From NCBI RefSeq assembly GCF_006345805.1, contig NC_043013.1, forward strand, positions 22,506,001-22,570,000: 64,000 bases of DNA, written 5' to 3'. Positions 11,320 to 24,298 of this stretch are shown in pieces (positions within the stretch are counted from its first letter, which is position 1; each line of letters starts with the position of its first letter). Under the pieces are notes generated by a model. The model worked only from the letters and a program-made list of their open reading frames with translations. It ran no database searches and had not been told where the DNA came from. The position numbers and the translations under genes were made by a program. Source of the stretch: Octopus sinensis (lineage: Eukaryota).

Positions 11320-12127
11320 GCATATATATATATATTGTTGGTGTGTGTTGTGTGGTTCAGTATGAACTGACAAGCCACAGGCCTGCACCAAGCTCCAGTA
11401 TCTGCTTTGCTATGGTTTCTATGTTTGGGTTGAAGTGAATGAGCAAGGTGAAGTGCATTTCAACCACCAATGTGTAATCTGATCAGAATGTATATTTATA
11501 TACATAAGTGTGTGTGTGTTATTGTGTGTAACTCTTCATATGAACAAATAGAGAAATAGCAGGGTCTGTTTACAACACATTGTTTCTCAAACAGCCCCTC
11601 TTGTGTGTGTTGTTCAGTAAAATAGCCTTCGTCTCACTGTAAGATGTGCGCAACATCAAAGCTACTTGTTTTCTTCAGTTTCTGGTGGTACAAGATGAAC
11701 CCGACCATGACAGATTCTCCTCCTTATGTTTAAATGGAATAATGGATGTTAAAATGTTGATGACGATGGTTATGTATATATGTGTGTAACGGGAGTACGC
11801 TTCTACGTAGACACATACAATATGTACTTACGTAGTTTGCAGAGTGTTTCATAAAAACCTTCTCCAGTTCTCGACTGATAATCTGAGAAGGAAGGTTAAA
11901 AACCTTATAAGTTATTTATGTTAATGGCAATGACAACAAAAAGCAAAATGTAACAGTAATAAATATAACGAACAACAAAAAGTAAATGCAATAAAAAATA
12001 TGAAGTAAGAATGAATATTATTTATTAATTTGGTTTGCTTTACAGATATGCATTTAATGCTTTGTTTTGTTGTGTTTGTGTTGTGAAATGGAAGTTGTGT
12101 AGAATTATAGATCGAGAGATAGATCAG

Positions 12128-13449
12128 TTGAGAGGGATAGACAGATAGATATATTGGTAAAGAGAGGGAGAAACAGATAGATAGATATAGTGGCAAAGAG
12201 AGGGATAGACAGATAGATAGATATATTGGTAAAGAGTGGGAGAGACAGATAGATATATTGGTAAAGAGAGGGATAGACAGATAGATAGATATATTGGTAA
12301 AGAGTGGGAGAGACAGATAGATATATTGGCAAAGAGAGGGATAGACAGATAGATAGATATATTGGTAAAGAGTGGGAGAGACAGATAGATATATTGGCAA
12401 AGAGAGGGATAGACAGATAGATAGATATATTGGTAAAGAGAGGGAGAGACAGATAGATAGATATATTGGTAAAGAGAGGGAGAGACAGATAGATAGATAT
12501 ATTGGCAAAGAGAGGGATAGACAGATAGATATATTGGTAAAGAGAGGGATAGACAGATAGATATATTGGCAAGGAGAGGGATAGACAGATAGATATATTG
12601 GTTAAGAGAGAGATAGACAGATAGATAGATATATTGGTAAAGAGTGGGAGAGACAGATAGATAGATATATTGGTAAAGCGAGGGATAGACAGATAGATAT
12701 ATTGGCAAAGAGAGGGAGAGACAGATAGATATATTGGCAAAGAGAGGGAGAGACAGATAGATATATTGGCAAAGAGAGGGAGAGACAGATAGATATATTG
12801 GCAAAGAAAGGGATAGACAGATAGATATATTGGCAAAGAGAGGGATAGACAGATAGATAGATATATTGGTAAAGAGAGGGAGAGACAGATAGATAGATAT
12901 ATTGGTAAAGAGAGGGAGAGACAGATAGATATATTGGCAAAGAGAGGGATAGACAGATAGATATATTGGTAAAGAGAGGGATAGACAGATAGATATATTG
13001 GCAAGGAGAGGGATAGACAGATAGATATATTGGTTAAGAGAGAGATAGACAGATAGATAGATATATTGGTAAAGAGTGGGAGGGATAGACAGATAGATAT
13101 ATTGGCAAAGAAAGGGATAGACAGATAGATGTATTGGCAAAGAGAAGGATAGACAGATAAATGTATTGGCAAAGAGAGGGATAGACAGATAGATATATTG
13201 GCAAAGAAAGGGATAGACAGATAGATGTATTGGCAAAGAGAAGGATAGACAGATAAATGTATTGGCAAAGAGAGGGATAGACAGATAGATATATTGGCAA
13301 AGAAAGGGATAGACAGATAGATGTATTGGCAAAGAGAGGGATAGACAGATAGATATATTGGCAAAGAAAGGGATAGACAGATAGATGTATTGGCAAAGAG
13401 AAGGATAGACAGATAAATGTATTGGCAAAGAGAGGGTTAGACAGATAAA
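12128..13449. repeat. GATA/GACA-rich minisatellite, 32/36-bp units, about 40 copies
   Basis: Unit attggcaaagagagggatagacagatagatat (32 bp; 36 bp with an extra GATA). Produces the repetitive 419- and 454-aa minus-strand ORFs. Confidence 0.95.
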
Positions 13450-14411
13450 CAGGAGGAAAGGTGCAGAAAAATAAAGATACTCACACATATATAGGAGAGA
13501 GATGCTGTTTCCTGTTTTATAAGCTCTGCTTTAAATTATTAACTGGTAAAAGCTTTAACTCACTTTGCAAACACACACACACACACACATCCGCATAAGC
13601 ACATAGATGTACAGACACACACAAGCAGATGTGCACAATATAGAAATAATACATCTAATTTATGTGATGTACATACACACACATACACACACTTGTATGA
13701 AGGGAGACATACACAAAGCATGCACATAACCACACTTTTGCATGCAAATGTTTTACGCACATGCATCAAAATGAAAATAGACAGACAGACAGACAGATAG
13801 ACAGACAGACCTGTAGGTATAGATACAGGTAGACAATAAAAATTGATAAACAATGCCTTTATGTGTGTTAAAACTGTTGATAAACAATTTAAAAAGAGAT
13901 GTTTTTATCTAAAACCAATTTCTTGTGAATTATAAAAATTCAAGTTCCATTTTATTAAATCCGTTCCTTGTTTTCGATGTATTTATTTTTATTTTGAAAT
14001 TTCATTATTGCCATTTTTTTTTTTTTTTTTTTTTTTTTGTATCTGAAAATAAAGGAAATGAAATATCAGCTAATTCGGTTAGTTTTGGCCAGGATTTTAT
14101 CGATGAGTGAGCGAGTGGTGCAAATTGCCAAGTTAATATGGTGCTGGGTTTCAAAAGATATTTTATTTTAGTATAACAATAGAGCTGTTAGTTACAGGTT
14201 TCTAACCGACCACTTCTAACTGATTTGTTGTATTTTATGATAGTGTGAGTGACATGGGAGTGTCTGGACAACTCTGATGGAACAAATATCACTAGGAACT
14301 TTATTCAAAAGCATTGCTTTATCAGTTTTCTCACCAAACACACACACACTTGGTTATACTTTGTTAAAACAATAGTAACCGTATTGCAAGAATATGATTA
14401 ATAACACAATG

Positions 14412-14442
<31 letters not shown>

Positions 14443-15144
14443 TTCAGATGTCAGGCTTCTGCACAGTTTCCCTCTATCAGGTATTGGTTAACTTGAGGCT
14501 GTTATAGAAGGTTCTTGCTCAAGGTACGACTTAGTTGGGTTGATCATAGAACTATGTGGTACACAGGGGACTTGTGAACCACCTATTCATGACTGTGCCC
14601 TTATAAACTCCCTAATGGTGATTATATAGGCATGTCAGTGAAGGACCTGTGATCCACATTCTTATTACCACAGCTGCTTCATGTCTGTGGACCTTTGAGA
14701 GCCAAAGGGCACAACTTTGACAATTTCCCAGACTAACAACAGGCAGTGTGTGCGTGTGTGTGTGTGTGTGTGTGTTGATGTAAACAGATTTGTATGGTGA
14801 ACTCTGGATGATTGTTGAGTGTTTTAGTGTGTCGTTTGCTTGAGTTGATGGTTTGATTGTTAGAGAGAAAAAAACAACAAGCAGGGGGCACCCCTCACTT
14901 CGCCAATTTATTGGGGTTGTTTTTAGCTCGTCAGTCAGCACAGATTTAGCAAACATATTACACACACACACACACACACACATATGAATGTGTGTGTTTG
15001 TGTGTGGTTAAGTAGTTTGTTTCTGAACCACATTGCTTCAGGTTCAAACCCTCTGCATGGGACCCAGACAAGTGTCTTCTACTATAACCCTGTGCCTACC
15101 AAAGCCTTGTCAATGAATTTAGTAGATGGAAACTGAAAGGAGCT

Positions 15145-15182
<38 letters not shown>

Positions 15183-15183
<1 letters not shown>

Positions 15184-15542
15184 TGTGTGGTAAGAAGCTT
15201 ACTTCCTAACCACACGATTCCAGGTTCAGTCCTACTGCGTGGCACCTTGGGCAAGTATCTTTTACTATAGCCTCAGGCCAACCAAAGCTTTGTGAATGGA
15301 TTTGGTAGATGGAAAGTGAAAGAAACCCGTTATATGTGTGTGTGTGTGTGTGTGTTTGTCCCTGCACCACCGCTTGACAACCAATGTTGGTCTGTTTACA
15401 TCCCTGTAACTTAGTAGATCAGCAAAAGAAATCTATAGAATAAGTACTGGGCTTTCAATAAATAAGTCTTGGTGTTGATTTGTTTGACTAAAGGTTGTGC
15501 TCCAGGATGGCCACAGTCAAAAGACTGAAACAAGTAAAAGAA
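15183..15542 (+). mobile_element. Family A SINE, near full length (preceded by a 5' half at ~15000-15145)
   Basis: gtgtggtaagaagctt...ggttcagtcc...ggcaccttgggcaag...(GT)n...gactgaaacaagtaaaaga. Confidence 0.85.
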
Positions 15543-15545
15543 TAT

Positions 15546-16027
15546 ATCATCATCATCATCATCCTTTAACGTCCGCTTTCAATGCTAGCATGTTTTGGAC
15601 GATTTGACCGAGGATTGGCGAACCAGATGGCTGCACCAGGCTCCAATCTGATCTGGCAGAGTTTCTACTGCTGGATGCCCTTCCTAATGCCGACCACTCC
15701 TAGAGTGTAGTAGGTGTAGTGGGTGCTCAAATGGAGTTTTTTACGTGCCACCTGCATAGGAGTCAGTCCAGTGGCACTGGCAATGACCTCGCTCGAATGA
15801 TTTTCACGTGCCAGTAAGGCGACGCTGGTAACGATCACGCTCAAATGATGCTTTTTACTTGCCACCGGCGCGGAAGCCAGACAGCTGTTCTGGCAGTGAT
15901 CCTGCTCAGATGGAGCTCATAGTGCTCCACTGGCACAGGTGCCAGTCATCGAGTTTGGTTCAATTTCGATTTCACTTGCCCCAACAGGTCTTCGCAAGCA
16001 GAGTTTAGTGTCCAAATAAGGAAGGTT
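15546..16027 (-). mobile_element. RTE LINE 3'-end fragment
   Basis: (atc)n tail, ctggatgcccttcctaatgcc, and internal repeated tttacgtgcca units as in 60885-61392. Confidence 0.75.
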
Positions 16028-16649
16028 ATATATATGTGTGTGTGTGTGTGTGTGTTTGCATATATATTTATATGTAATGTGTCTGTGTGTGTGTGTTTGT
16101 TACTGTCTTCTTGCTTTGATTTCTTGCAATAATTATAAACGAATGTCATCCTCGTGCAAGTGGTGCACTTCATTTCCAATCTTCTGTGAAAACCTGTCTG
16201 TTCACAGGAAATATTATCTTGGAAATGGGTGAGGGTCAGCAGCAGGAAGGGCATCCAGCTGTAGAAAACCTACCTCAACAAATTCTATCCAACCCATGCA
16301 AGCATTAAAAAAAAATGAAAAAAAACCTTGGTGAAAGAGTTTGAAATGTAAATTTCCCATTTAATGGTGTAATTATAAAATAGCCACTAACATTTGTTCA
16401 TCTGTTTTATTTATCTTTTCTGCTTAGAAAAATCTTATCGCCACATGTTTAGCTCTCAAGTAGTATTTGGAATTTTGATGTTAAGATTTTGATAAAAAAA
16501 AAATAATTAAAAAAATGGAAGAAAGAAATAAAGAAAAAACAGAAACACAATTTGGTGGTCATTTATCATTCTTGGATTTTGTTTTTACTTTAGACATAAA
16601 ATCTTAATTGGATTTTTTGAATTATCGGCATTCATTTTGGCAATAAATT

Positions 16650-17055
16650 AAACAGAATTCTTAGCCTAGGACAAACACTTGGCAACACTTGTTCTGGCTC
16701 TCTGGGCTCTGAATTCAATTCCTGTTTAGGACAACTTTTCTTTTTACCCTTCGAGGTCAATAAAGTACCAATCCATGGAATGGTATTGTTGAAAGTGTTA
16801 GAGTGTCAGACAAGATGCCTTGTGTTATTTGTTCCAGCTCTTTGGTCTTTGAAATCTTGTCTGCTTAAGAACCAAACCACCACCTGGTCCTTAGGTGACC
16901 TTAGTGGAAAACTATTCTGTTGTAAGCATCCAGCTTCGCTTTCTAGTTTGAGGATAACTTTCTTCATTCCTCTCATTAGTCTTGGAGGCCCTGAAAGAAT
17001 TAAAGAGTCATGGATGCAGCTCTTTATCGTCCCTGACTAAGAGGTAAAAAAAAAA
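16650..17055 (+). mobile_element. Unclassified composite interspersed repeat (inverted copy at ~45275-45680)
   Basis: tggtccttaggtga...gtaagcatccagcttcgctttctagtttgaggataactttcttcattcct...gactaagaggtaaaa is nearly identical to the reverse complement of ~45280-45450. A diverged piece is at ~60240-60320. Confidence 0.7.
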
Positions 17056-18420
17056 CAACAACATACAACAAAAAAAGTAAAAGCAAATGAAAAGGATTAG
17101 TGTTGAGCCCTGAGAAACTCTTTCCCTTTACATGAGTTCCCTTATTGACCACCCCAAAAACTCAGTCATGTGAGACTTCATAACAAAACCCCTTATTCAA
17201 GTTGACAAACCTGAAATGCAATTATTGACCATAATTTTCTCCCCCTATTTCTTTTCAAGGAAGAGGTGTTTAATTCAGTTCGTCTCTGATTGAGCAAAAC
17301 TATTATCAAAGGTATTCCGGCCATTTCTTTTCAGAAATGTGTACTTCCTTTTACATTGAAGATAATAGAATCGGTAATTCAAGGAAGATTTGGCTGCTAT
17401 TTCTAGCAGATTGTGTCAGCCTGTAGATGTTCCCCTGTTTGACTCAATTATTGTTGTGTAGCTCCATGGCTCAGCTGTGCTTGAGTAGTTGTGTGAGTTA
17501 GTGGCAGCTGTATATTGAATTGTTTCATCAACAGTGTTTGAAATACTGGCCGCACCAGAGCAATATGTCTGTTACTATGCAACATTTCATGATCAGAAGT
17601 ATCCATAAATGGGTGGTTAGCTTCAATGTCTTTGTATCGTTACCAAGAATATTAGCAGAGTAACAGAATTACAATATAGCATGTCACTTAGGGGTCCCAA
17701 GGGATGGACCTGTTGTTGGACCTCCAAATCAGTGCTGACTGGGTAGATATATGATCTAAGCCATTCCAACCATGATCATCCCATATAGTTTTCAGATTTA
17801 ATATATTCAGGACTACCCTGTGCAATGTCTTTTTTTTTTTTAAGTGTATGATGGGTATTATAACTTGAGGGAGATTTAACTGCTGTTTCTAGCTGATCGA
17901 GTGATCACATAGGGATGCCATGCTGGCATGGGTTGGATGGTTCGACTGGGGTCTGGGAAGCCAGGAGGCTGCACCAGACTCCTGTCTGATCTGGTAATGT
18001 TTCTTCCTGATACCAACTACTCATCCTATGATGGAATTAATTTACAAACATTATTTTGGATCACTGAGACCCCAGAAACAGCTGTCGGATTTGTAATCCT
18101 TTTCCTCCACCCCTTTAATTCTCTATATCAGTTTTAATCTCTGTAAATTGGACCTTTTTATATGTACTTTTTGTATTTCATGTACTTTATATATTGATCT
18201 GTCTAACTAGCTTGTCCCTACATTTACTTAAGTAGTCGCTCAAATTTAAACCTCTTGACCACTACTAAATGCATTGTGTATGGAGAATTTTTGGATGTCA
18301 CCTATGAACTATATATACACATACATACACATATGACTGGGCAGGCCATTGGTTATGACACTGAGTATTCCAGTTGATGAGGATGGTGATCTATGTGTGT
18401 GTGTGTGTGTGTGTATGCGT

Positions 18421-18737
18421 TTGCTACCACAACCGCGTTTAGGATTAGCAGCCCTTCCTGTTTGTCTTCACTGTCCTGTTTGTGTCACCAATTTTGACCC
18501 TCCGCAATATCCCAAATTTTTTTTAATTTGCTTTAAAGTATATATTGTTGTTAAATGCTTGAAATATGAGACTAGAAAAATAGCCAACAACTGATGAAGG
18601 GGCATTCTTTATGTTGTTTGTTTTGTTTTCCATTTGTGTCTTTCGTTGTTCGAAAGAATAGTTCATGTTTCATGTACTCATGCTTCATACTCTTTTGTTG
18701 TACATGTTTCGTGATGTCCTGTGCCCACTTATGCATG
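18421..18737 (-). mobile_element. Partial copy of the TIR element at 54493-55023
   Basis: Reverse complement of ~54493-54795; ends gtcctgtgcccacttatgca next to (TA)n. Confidence 0.75.
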
Positions 18738-18747
18738 TATATATATG

Positions 18748-18778
<31 letters not shown>

Positions 18779-18994
18779 AGATGTAAGTATGTACATTTAC
18801 ATATGTATATATGCATATATATATATATATATGTATATATATATTATATATATATACACACATACAGATGTAAGTATGTACATTTACATATGTATATATG
18901 CATATATATATGTATATATATATATATATATGTAATATATATATATATACACACATACAGATGTAAGTATGTACATTTACATATGTATATATGC

Positions 18995-19040
<46 letters not shown>

Positions 19041-19076
19041 AGATGTAAGTATGTACATTTACATATGTATATATGC

Positions 19077-19116
<40 letters not shown>

Positions 19117-19154
19117 ACAGATGTAAGTATGTACATTTACATATGTATATATGC

Positions 19155-19191
<37 letters not shown>

Positions 19192-19250
19192 CATACAGAT
19201 GTAAGTATGTACATTTACATATGTATATATGCATATATATATATATATAT
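18738..19250. repeat. Six-unit (TA)n-interspersed minisatellite
   Basis: Core acacacatacagatgtaagtatgtacatttacatatgtatatatgca recurs at ~18769, 18855, 18949, 19031, 19109 and 19187, separated by variable (TA)n. Confidence 0.9.
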
Positions 19251-19259
19251 AAAATATGT

Positions 19260-19595
19260 TGGGCACTCCACTGGTTACGGCAACGTGTTTTCCAGTTAAT
19301 CACATCAAAGGAAAATCCTGCTTCTGAAATTAGCATGTAAGTGGCTGAGTGCACCGCAGATCTGTGTAACCTTTACAACATAGCTCTCAGGGAGATTCAG
19401 TGTGACACAGAGTGTGACAAGGCTGGCCCTTTGTAATTACAGGTACAACTCATTTTTGCCAGCTGAGTGGACTGGAGCAATGTGAAATAAAAAGTCTTGC
19501 TCAAGGATACATGGCACCCATGGATATAGAAATAATGACCGTATGATCACAGGCCAAATATAACCCTAACCACTGAGCCACTTGTGCACCTTCAC
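19260..19595 (-). mobile_element. Older tRNA/CORE-like SINE (family D)
   Basis: Minus head tggctcagtggttaggg, then ccttgagcaagac. Body gtgtgacaaggctggccctttg...ctgagtggactggagcaa also occurs at ~36870-37150 and ~640-760. Confidence 0.65.
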
Positions 19596-20168
19596 ATATT
19601 TATGTGTGTGTGTGTGTGTGTGTGTTGCAGAATGAATCCTTCCGTGTGGAATCTTGGACAAATGTCTTCTACCATGACCTAGGGTAGATCCAAGCCACAT
19701 TAATGAATCTGGGTGGAAGAAAGATGAACTGTAAGCCTACCAATAATTGAGAATGCCAGGTACTTGTTACCACACACACACATTGTCCCACAGTGGTTCT
19801 TGTTAAGAGTACAAGAGTCTGTGCAATCCTTTGCTGCTTCCATTATAAATGCAATGAGGAAGTAGCTTCATCATTCAAACAGACGACAGATTCATTCCTC
19901 ACAATTGGAGAGTGTGTGTGTGTGTGTGTGTGTGTATCATTTGTGCATGCTTGGAGTAAACAGATTTGCATCTATCACCCCTCACAAGTGCATATAAACA
20001 TACACACATGCACACACGTAATGTATACATATTTAACATGTATGAAGGTGTGTCAAACATTGATTAAAATGCATGTGTGTGTATGTGTGTGTGTGTGTCA
20101 GTATGTATGTATGCATATATATGTATATAGATGTGTGTGTGTGTATATATATATATTTATATATATAT

Positions 20169-20206
<38 letters not shown>

Positions 20207-21081
20207 CACACTTGTGTATGTTAAGCATCACGCTGTGTACACACACACACGCTTACACACACACTTACACACAAACATGTGTTCATGTGTGAGTATCTAA
20301 ATAGCTTCGTTAGCTAAATATTTCACTACACTCATTAACTAAGACTTGATTGAATTCTTTCTTTCGTTCTTTCTTTCCTTGCACTTTATTTTCCTTTTTT
20401 CTTTACCATTCTCTCTCACTTTTTTTTTATTTCTTATCTATCTTTCATCGTTCATCTATTGCCTTCTTTTATTTCCCCCCTTTTTTTTTCTTCTTCCTTG
20501 TTTCTCCTTCTTTTGCTCTTTCCTTCCTTCCTTTCCCTTCCCTCTAACCATTTCTACTCTTTTATTCCTGTCCTGGAATCCATTTAATCGACCGCCATTC
20601 ATTCTCCTTAAATTTGTGGTCCCTGCGCATACGTTATATCTGTTACTATTGAAATCTATATTTATATGGCCAAATGAAATCATCCTCATCTCCATGGATT
20701 TACCTGTTTAACAATAAAATAACCTCCATCTGTGTGTGTGTGTGTGTATGTGTGTGTCAAGAAATTTTTAGGGAGCTGGGGCTAAACTTAGTTCATTAGC
20801 GCTACCTTTTTTACATCTTTTTTATTTTCTTTCAGCAATCATATATATATCATATTTATTTATTCTAGTCATTGGATAGTACTTTCTTTCTCCTTCTCTC
20901 TCTCCTCCTATCCCATCCTTTGTTGATTAAATCTGATTGGACCTTAGATAATCTTGGCTATAGAGATGGTGGTGGTGGTGGTCGGAGTAGGCAATTTTGA
21001 GCTTCATAATTTGGAAAAGGAATTAGGGAGACTGGAGGTCACATGAGTTATGTATTTTTATGTATTTATTTATCAGTGAAT

Positions 21082-21163
21082 CAAAGTGCTCCCTCAACAG
21101 AACCAAAGTGCTCCCTCAACAGAACCAAAGTGCTCCCTCAACAGAACCAAAGTGCTCCCTCAA
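21082..21163. repeat. 22-bp tandem repeat, about 3.7 copies
   Basis: caaagtgctccctcaacagaac repeated head-to-tail with no spacers. Confidence 0.95.
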
Positions 21164-21352
21164 TATCTTGGGAGTGAAACAACAAACATTGATTAGTATG
21201 AAGTAAAAGGAAAGTGTGCTGTAGTTGTTCTCAGACTTGATATATAGAAGTAAAAGACTCAGAATATTGTGAAGATGCTACCAAATTCCTTAAATTATTC
21301 TTTCAAAAAAAAAAAAAAAAAAAAGAAACCAGTTCCTCAGTAATGCCTTTGA

Positions 21353-21530
21353 TGCAGGCATGGCTGTGTGGTAAGAAGCTTGCTTCCCAACCACCAACCA
21401 CATGGTTCTGAGTTCAGTTCCACTATGTAACACTTTCAGCTTGTGTCTTCTACTATGGTCTAGGGCTGACCAAAGCTTTGTGAGTTGATTTGATAGATGG
21501 AAACTGAAAGAAGCCCATCATTTATGTATA
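21353..21530 (+). mobile_element. Family A SINE, 5' half
   Basis: gcaggcatggctgtgtggtaagaagcttgcttccc...gatggaaactgaaagaagccc. Confidence 0.75.
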
Positions 21531-21544
21531 CATATATATCTGAG

Positions 21545-21880
21545 ACCTTTTACCTCTGTTGGCAACCAAAGGTGTCTCTCTCTCCAGGTGAAAAGAAGAT
21601 TGCATGATGCATGTGTATGAACTGCAATGCTACATGGTAGTGAAATGTGGGCCCTGAATGCAGAGGAGATGAGAAGGCAAGAGAGGAATGAAGCCGGTTT
21701 GCGCTACGGGATGTGCAACGATGGTGTACATGTGCAACAGAGCATTGGTATGCTGAGAGAAGAGTCAGGCATAAGGGAAATTAGATGCAAGATGCGCTGG
21801 TTTGGTCAATGATATGGAGGGATAAGGACAGTCACATGAAGAAGCGCCGTTCACTTAAAGTGGAGGGAAATTGTGGAAGA
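21545..21880 (+). mobile_element. RTE LINE ORF C-terminal remnant
   Basis: LPLLATKG..., then ORF 21627-21812 MLHGSEMWAL..EEMRRQERNE...LREESGI...MRWFG, matching RTE motifs LYGSETW and LRWFGH. Confidence 0.8.
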
Positions 21881-22442
21881 ATGTATATATGAGTGTGTGT
21901 GTGTGTGTGTGATAGAAAGTAGGAGGGTTTTTATTGTTAGAAGTAGAGGCAGGTTAGGACTCAAAAGGCTTTATCATTATTTGTAATGTAGTCCTCCTCC
22001 TCCTCCTCCTCATCATCATCATTTAACGTCTGCTCTCCATGCTGACATGGATCAGATGGTTAGTTGGGAGCTGATGAGCCGGAGAGCTGCACCAGGTTCC
22101 AGTCTGATTTGGCATGGTTTCTACAGCTGGGTGCCCTTTCATATGCCAAAAGTGAGTTTAAAGGATGGTGGTTAGCTTTTGGCTTCATGGTGTGAAGTGG
22201 ATAAATATTTCCTTAGTTGTGATCATAATCTTTCTGAGCTCCTTCTGTGTAGCTTGTTTAGAGAGAGAGGAGAAACCAATCATTGAATAAACACAAGTTG
22301 TGTTCATATCTTCTACAGTTATTGAGCGAGTCCACTTTAGTTTCCTCAGTTCCTGTAGCTGTTTCAAATAAGTAACAGTTTACTTGGGAATGTTTACCGG
22401 TGAAACAAGTGACATCATATCCATGACAACTGTCGGATTTAA

Positions 22443-23048
22443 CCCTTTCATTACCAACCCGGCTGAAACCGGCTCTGGCTCCGAGTACAAATGTCTTGTT
22501 TTCGAAAGTTCTGAATTAAAATCTTCCACCAAACCGTAGTCACATTTTATGTTCCTAACACTAGCTTAACCCTTTCGTTACCAACCCAGCTGAAACCGGC
22601 TCTCGCTCTGAGTACAAAAGTTTTGTTTTCGCAAATTCTGAATTAAAATCTTCCACCTAACCGTAGTCACATTTTATGTTCCTAACACTAGCTTAACCCT
22701 TTCGTTACCAACCCAGCTGAAACCGGCTCTCGCTCCGAGTACAAAAGTTTTGTTTTCGAAAGTTCTGAATTAAAATCTTCCACCAAACCGTAGTCACATT
22801 TTATGTTCCTAACACTAGCTTAACCCTTTCGTTACCAACCCAGCTGAAACCGGCTCTCGCTCTGAGTACAAAAGTTTTGTTTTCGAAAGTTCTGAATTAA
22901 AATCTTCCACCAAACCTTAGTCACATTTTATTTTCCTAATACTAGCTTAATGATAATTAAGTTATTTTACTAAATTCTTTGTTATATTTAAAATCAATTG
23001 AAAGAAACACAGAGCATCTCGACAGAAATAAATACAATAACGAAAGGG
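22443..23048 (+). mobile_element. piggyBac-like MITE family P1 with four internal 127-bp tandem units
   Basis: TTAA|CCCTTTC...GAAAGGG|TTAA ends (TTAA at 22439 and 23049). Units start at TTAA 22439, 22566, 22693 and 22820. Confidence 0.9.
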
Positions 23049-24224
23049 TTAATCAACTTGATTGAATGATAAAGGAATACCTGCAAAGTGTGGTACTGCC
23101 TCTATAACATTATGGCTTCTGAGATTCAATTTGTACCCTGGAATTGTGGTGCTCAACATGCTTCCAATGGATTCCCAATGGTTGTCCCAAGGGTGAGTTT
23201 TAAGACCAGTTTTAATGCATAATGGAATTTAGTTTTGATGCTCCTTCAAGCTTTCCTCATAAATTTTGTTGACCACTTTCTATAAAAGGCTGTACTTCAT
23301 TGCCCCAGGGTATATCACTGCACCACTCCAGTTTTATACGAACAAAATTAATTATTTATTGACTCGTTAGATAGGAACAGATGGAGAAAAGCTCTGTTTT
23401 GAGAGAAGAAAAAATTCAGTTTATTTTCTCGGCATTCTGCTGGCCTCTCTCCCATATTGCCTTTTAAACATAGGTTCTAATAGTTTTGGTAGAAACAAAT
23501 CTTAGAATTGAAGCTTTTTTTTTTTGTTTTATCTTGTTGATAGCCAACTGCAATTATTGTTGCACTTTGTAAATAGCTGCAGGTAATTTTTTTTTTCTGT
23601 AAACATCAAAATAGCTGCAGCTGTTGATGCATATTGAAGCAACTCTCAGATGTTGGCATCTGTTAAAATAGTTGCATCTCCTGGTGGAGTTAACTTCACC
23701 ACCACTGGCATCATCATCATTATCAATATGTTTATCAGTTTTTTCATTTCACTTTCATATTTTTTCTTAAATTGAACACAAGCCACACAAGTCTACCTTT
23801 ACCGTGGACTCTCAAAAAATATGGGCGCTATTGGGACTCTGGCTGAATAAGATGAAGAAATTGTTCATCATCGTCGTCACCCCTCGTCTTCAACATCTTC
23901 ATCCCTGCTGTCATTGCTACTACTACTACCACCTCCACTACCACCACCACCATTAACCCTAATTATCTTTACATATTTATTGTATATCCTTAATTTTGTG
24001 ACCACTGGTGCCTGTCATTGATTGGTTTCCAGTTGAGCTGATCTCTGATTAACTATGATTGGGAGAAACTGTCCACACTACTTTGATTAGAGTAAATACC
24101 ACAAGGTATTCTTGGTTGACACTGGTTTTATTTGGTTTGTTTTTCCTGTTCTGTATATCATTCACCAAAATACACACTAAATACATACATACATACATAC
24201 AGAAGCACACACACATGTGTATAT

Positions 24225-24227
<3 letters not shown>

Positions 24228-24296
<69 letters not shown>
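24228..24296. repeat. (TA)n microsatellite
   Basis: Uninterrupted TA run immediately before a SINE head. Confidence 0.95.

Positions 24297-24298
<2 letters not shown>

Noticed and set aside
11921-13488. Long ORFs of 195-454 aa on the minus strand
   Set aside because: Translations of the GATA-rich minisatellite; open in several frames, with no domain.
18585-18665. Second hammerhead candidate (actgatgaagggg)
   Set aside because: No stem II closed by GAAA could be found, and the homologous copy at ~54612 reads ctgataaaggg.
18738-19250. CRISPR-like look of a constant repeat with variable spacers
   Set aside because: Spacers are only (TA)n length variants; eukaryotic context, no cas genes.
21082-21163. 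Possible CRISPR array
   Set aside because: Contiguous 22-bp tandem repeat with no spacers.
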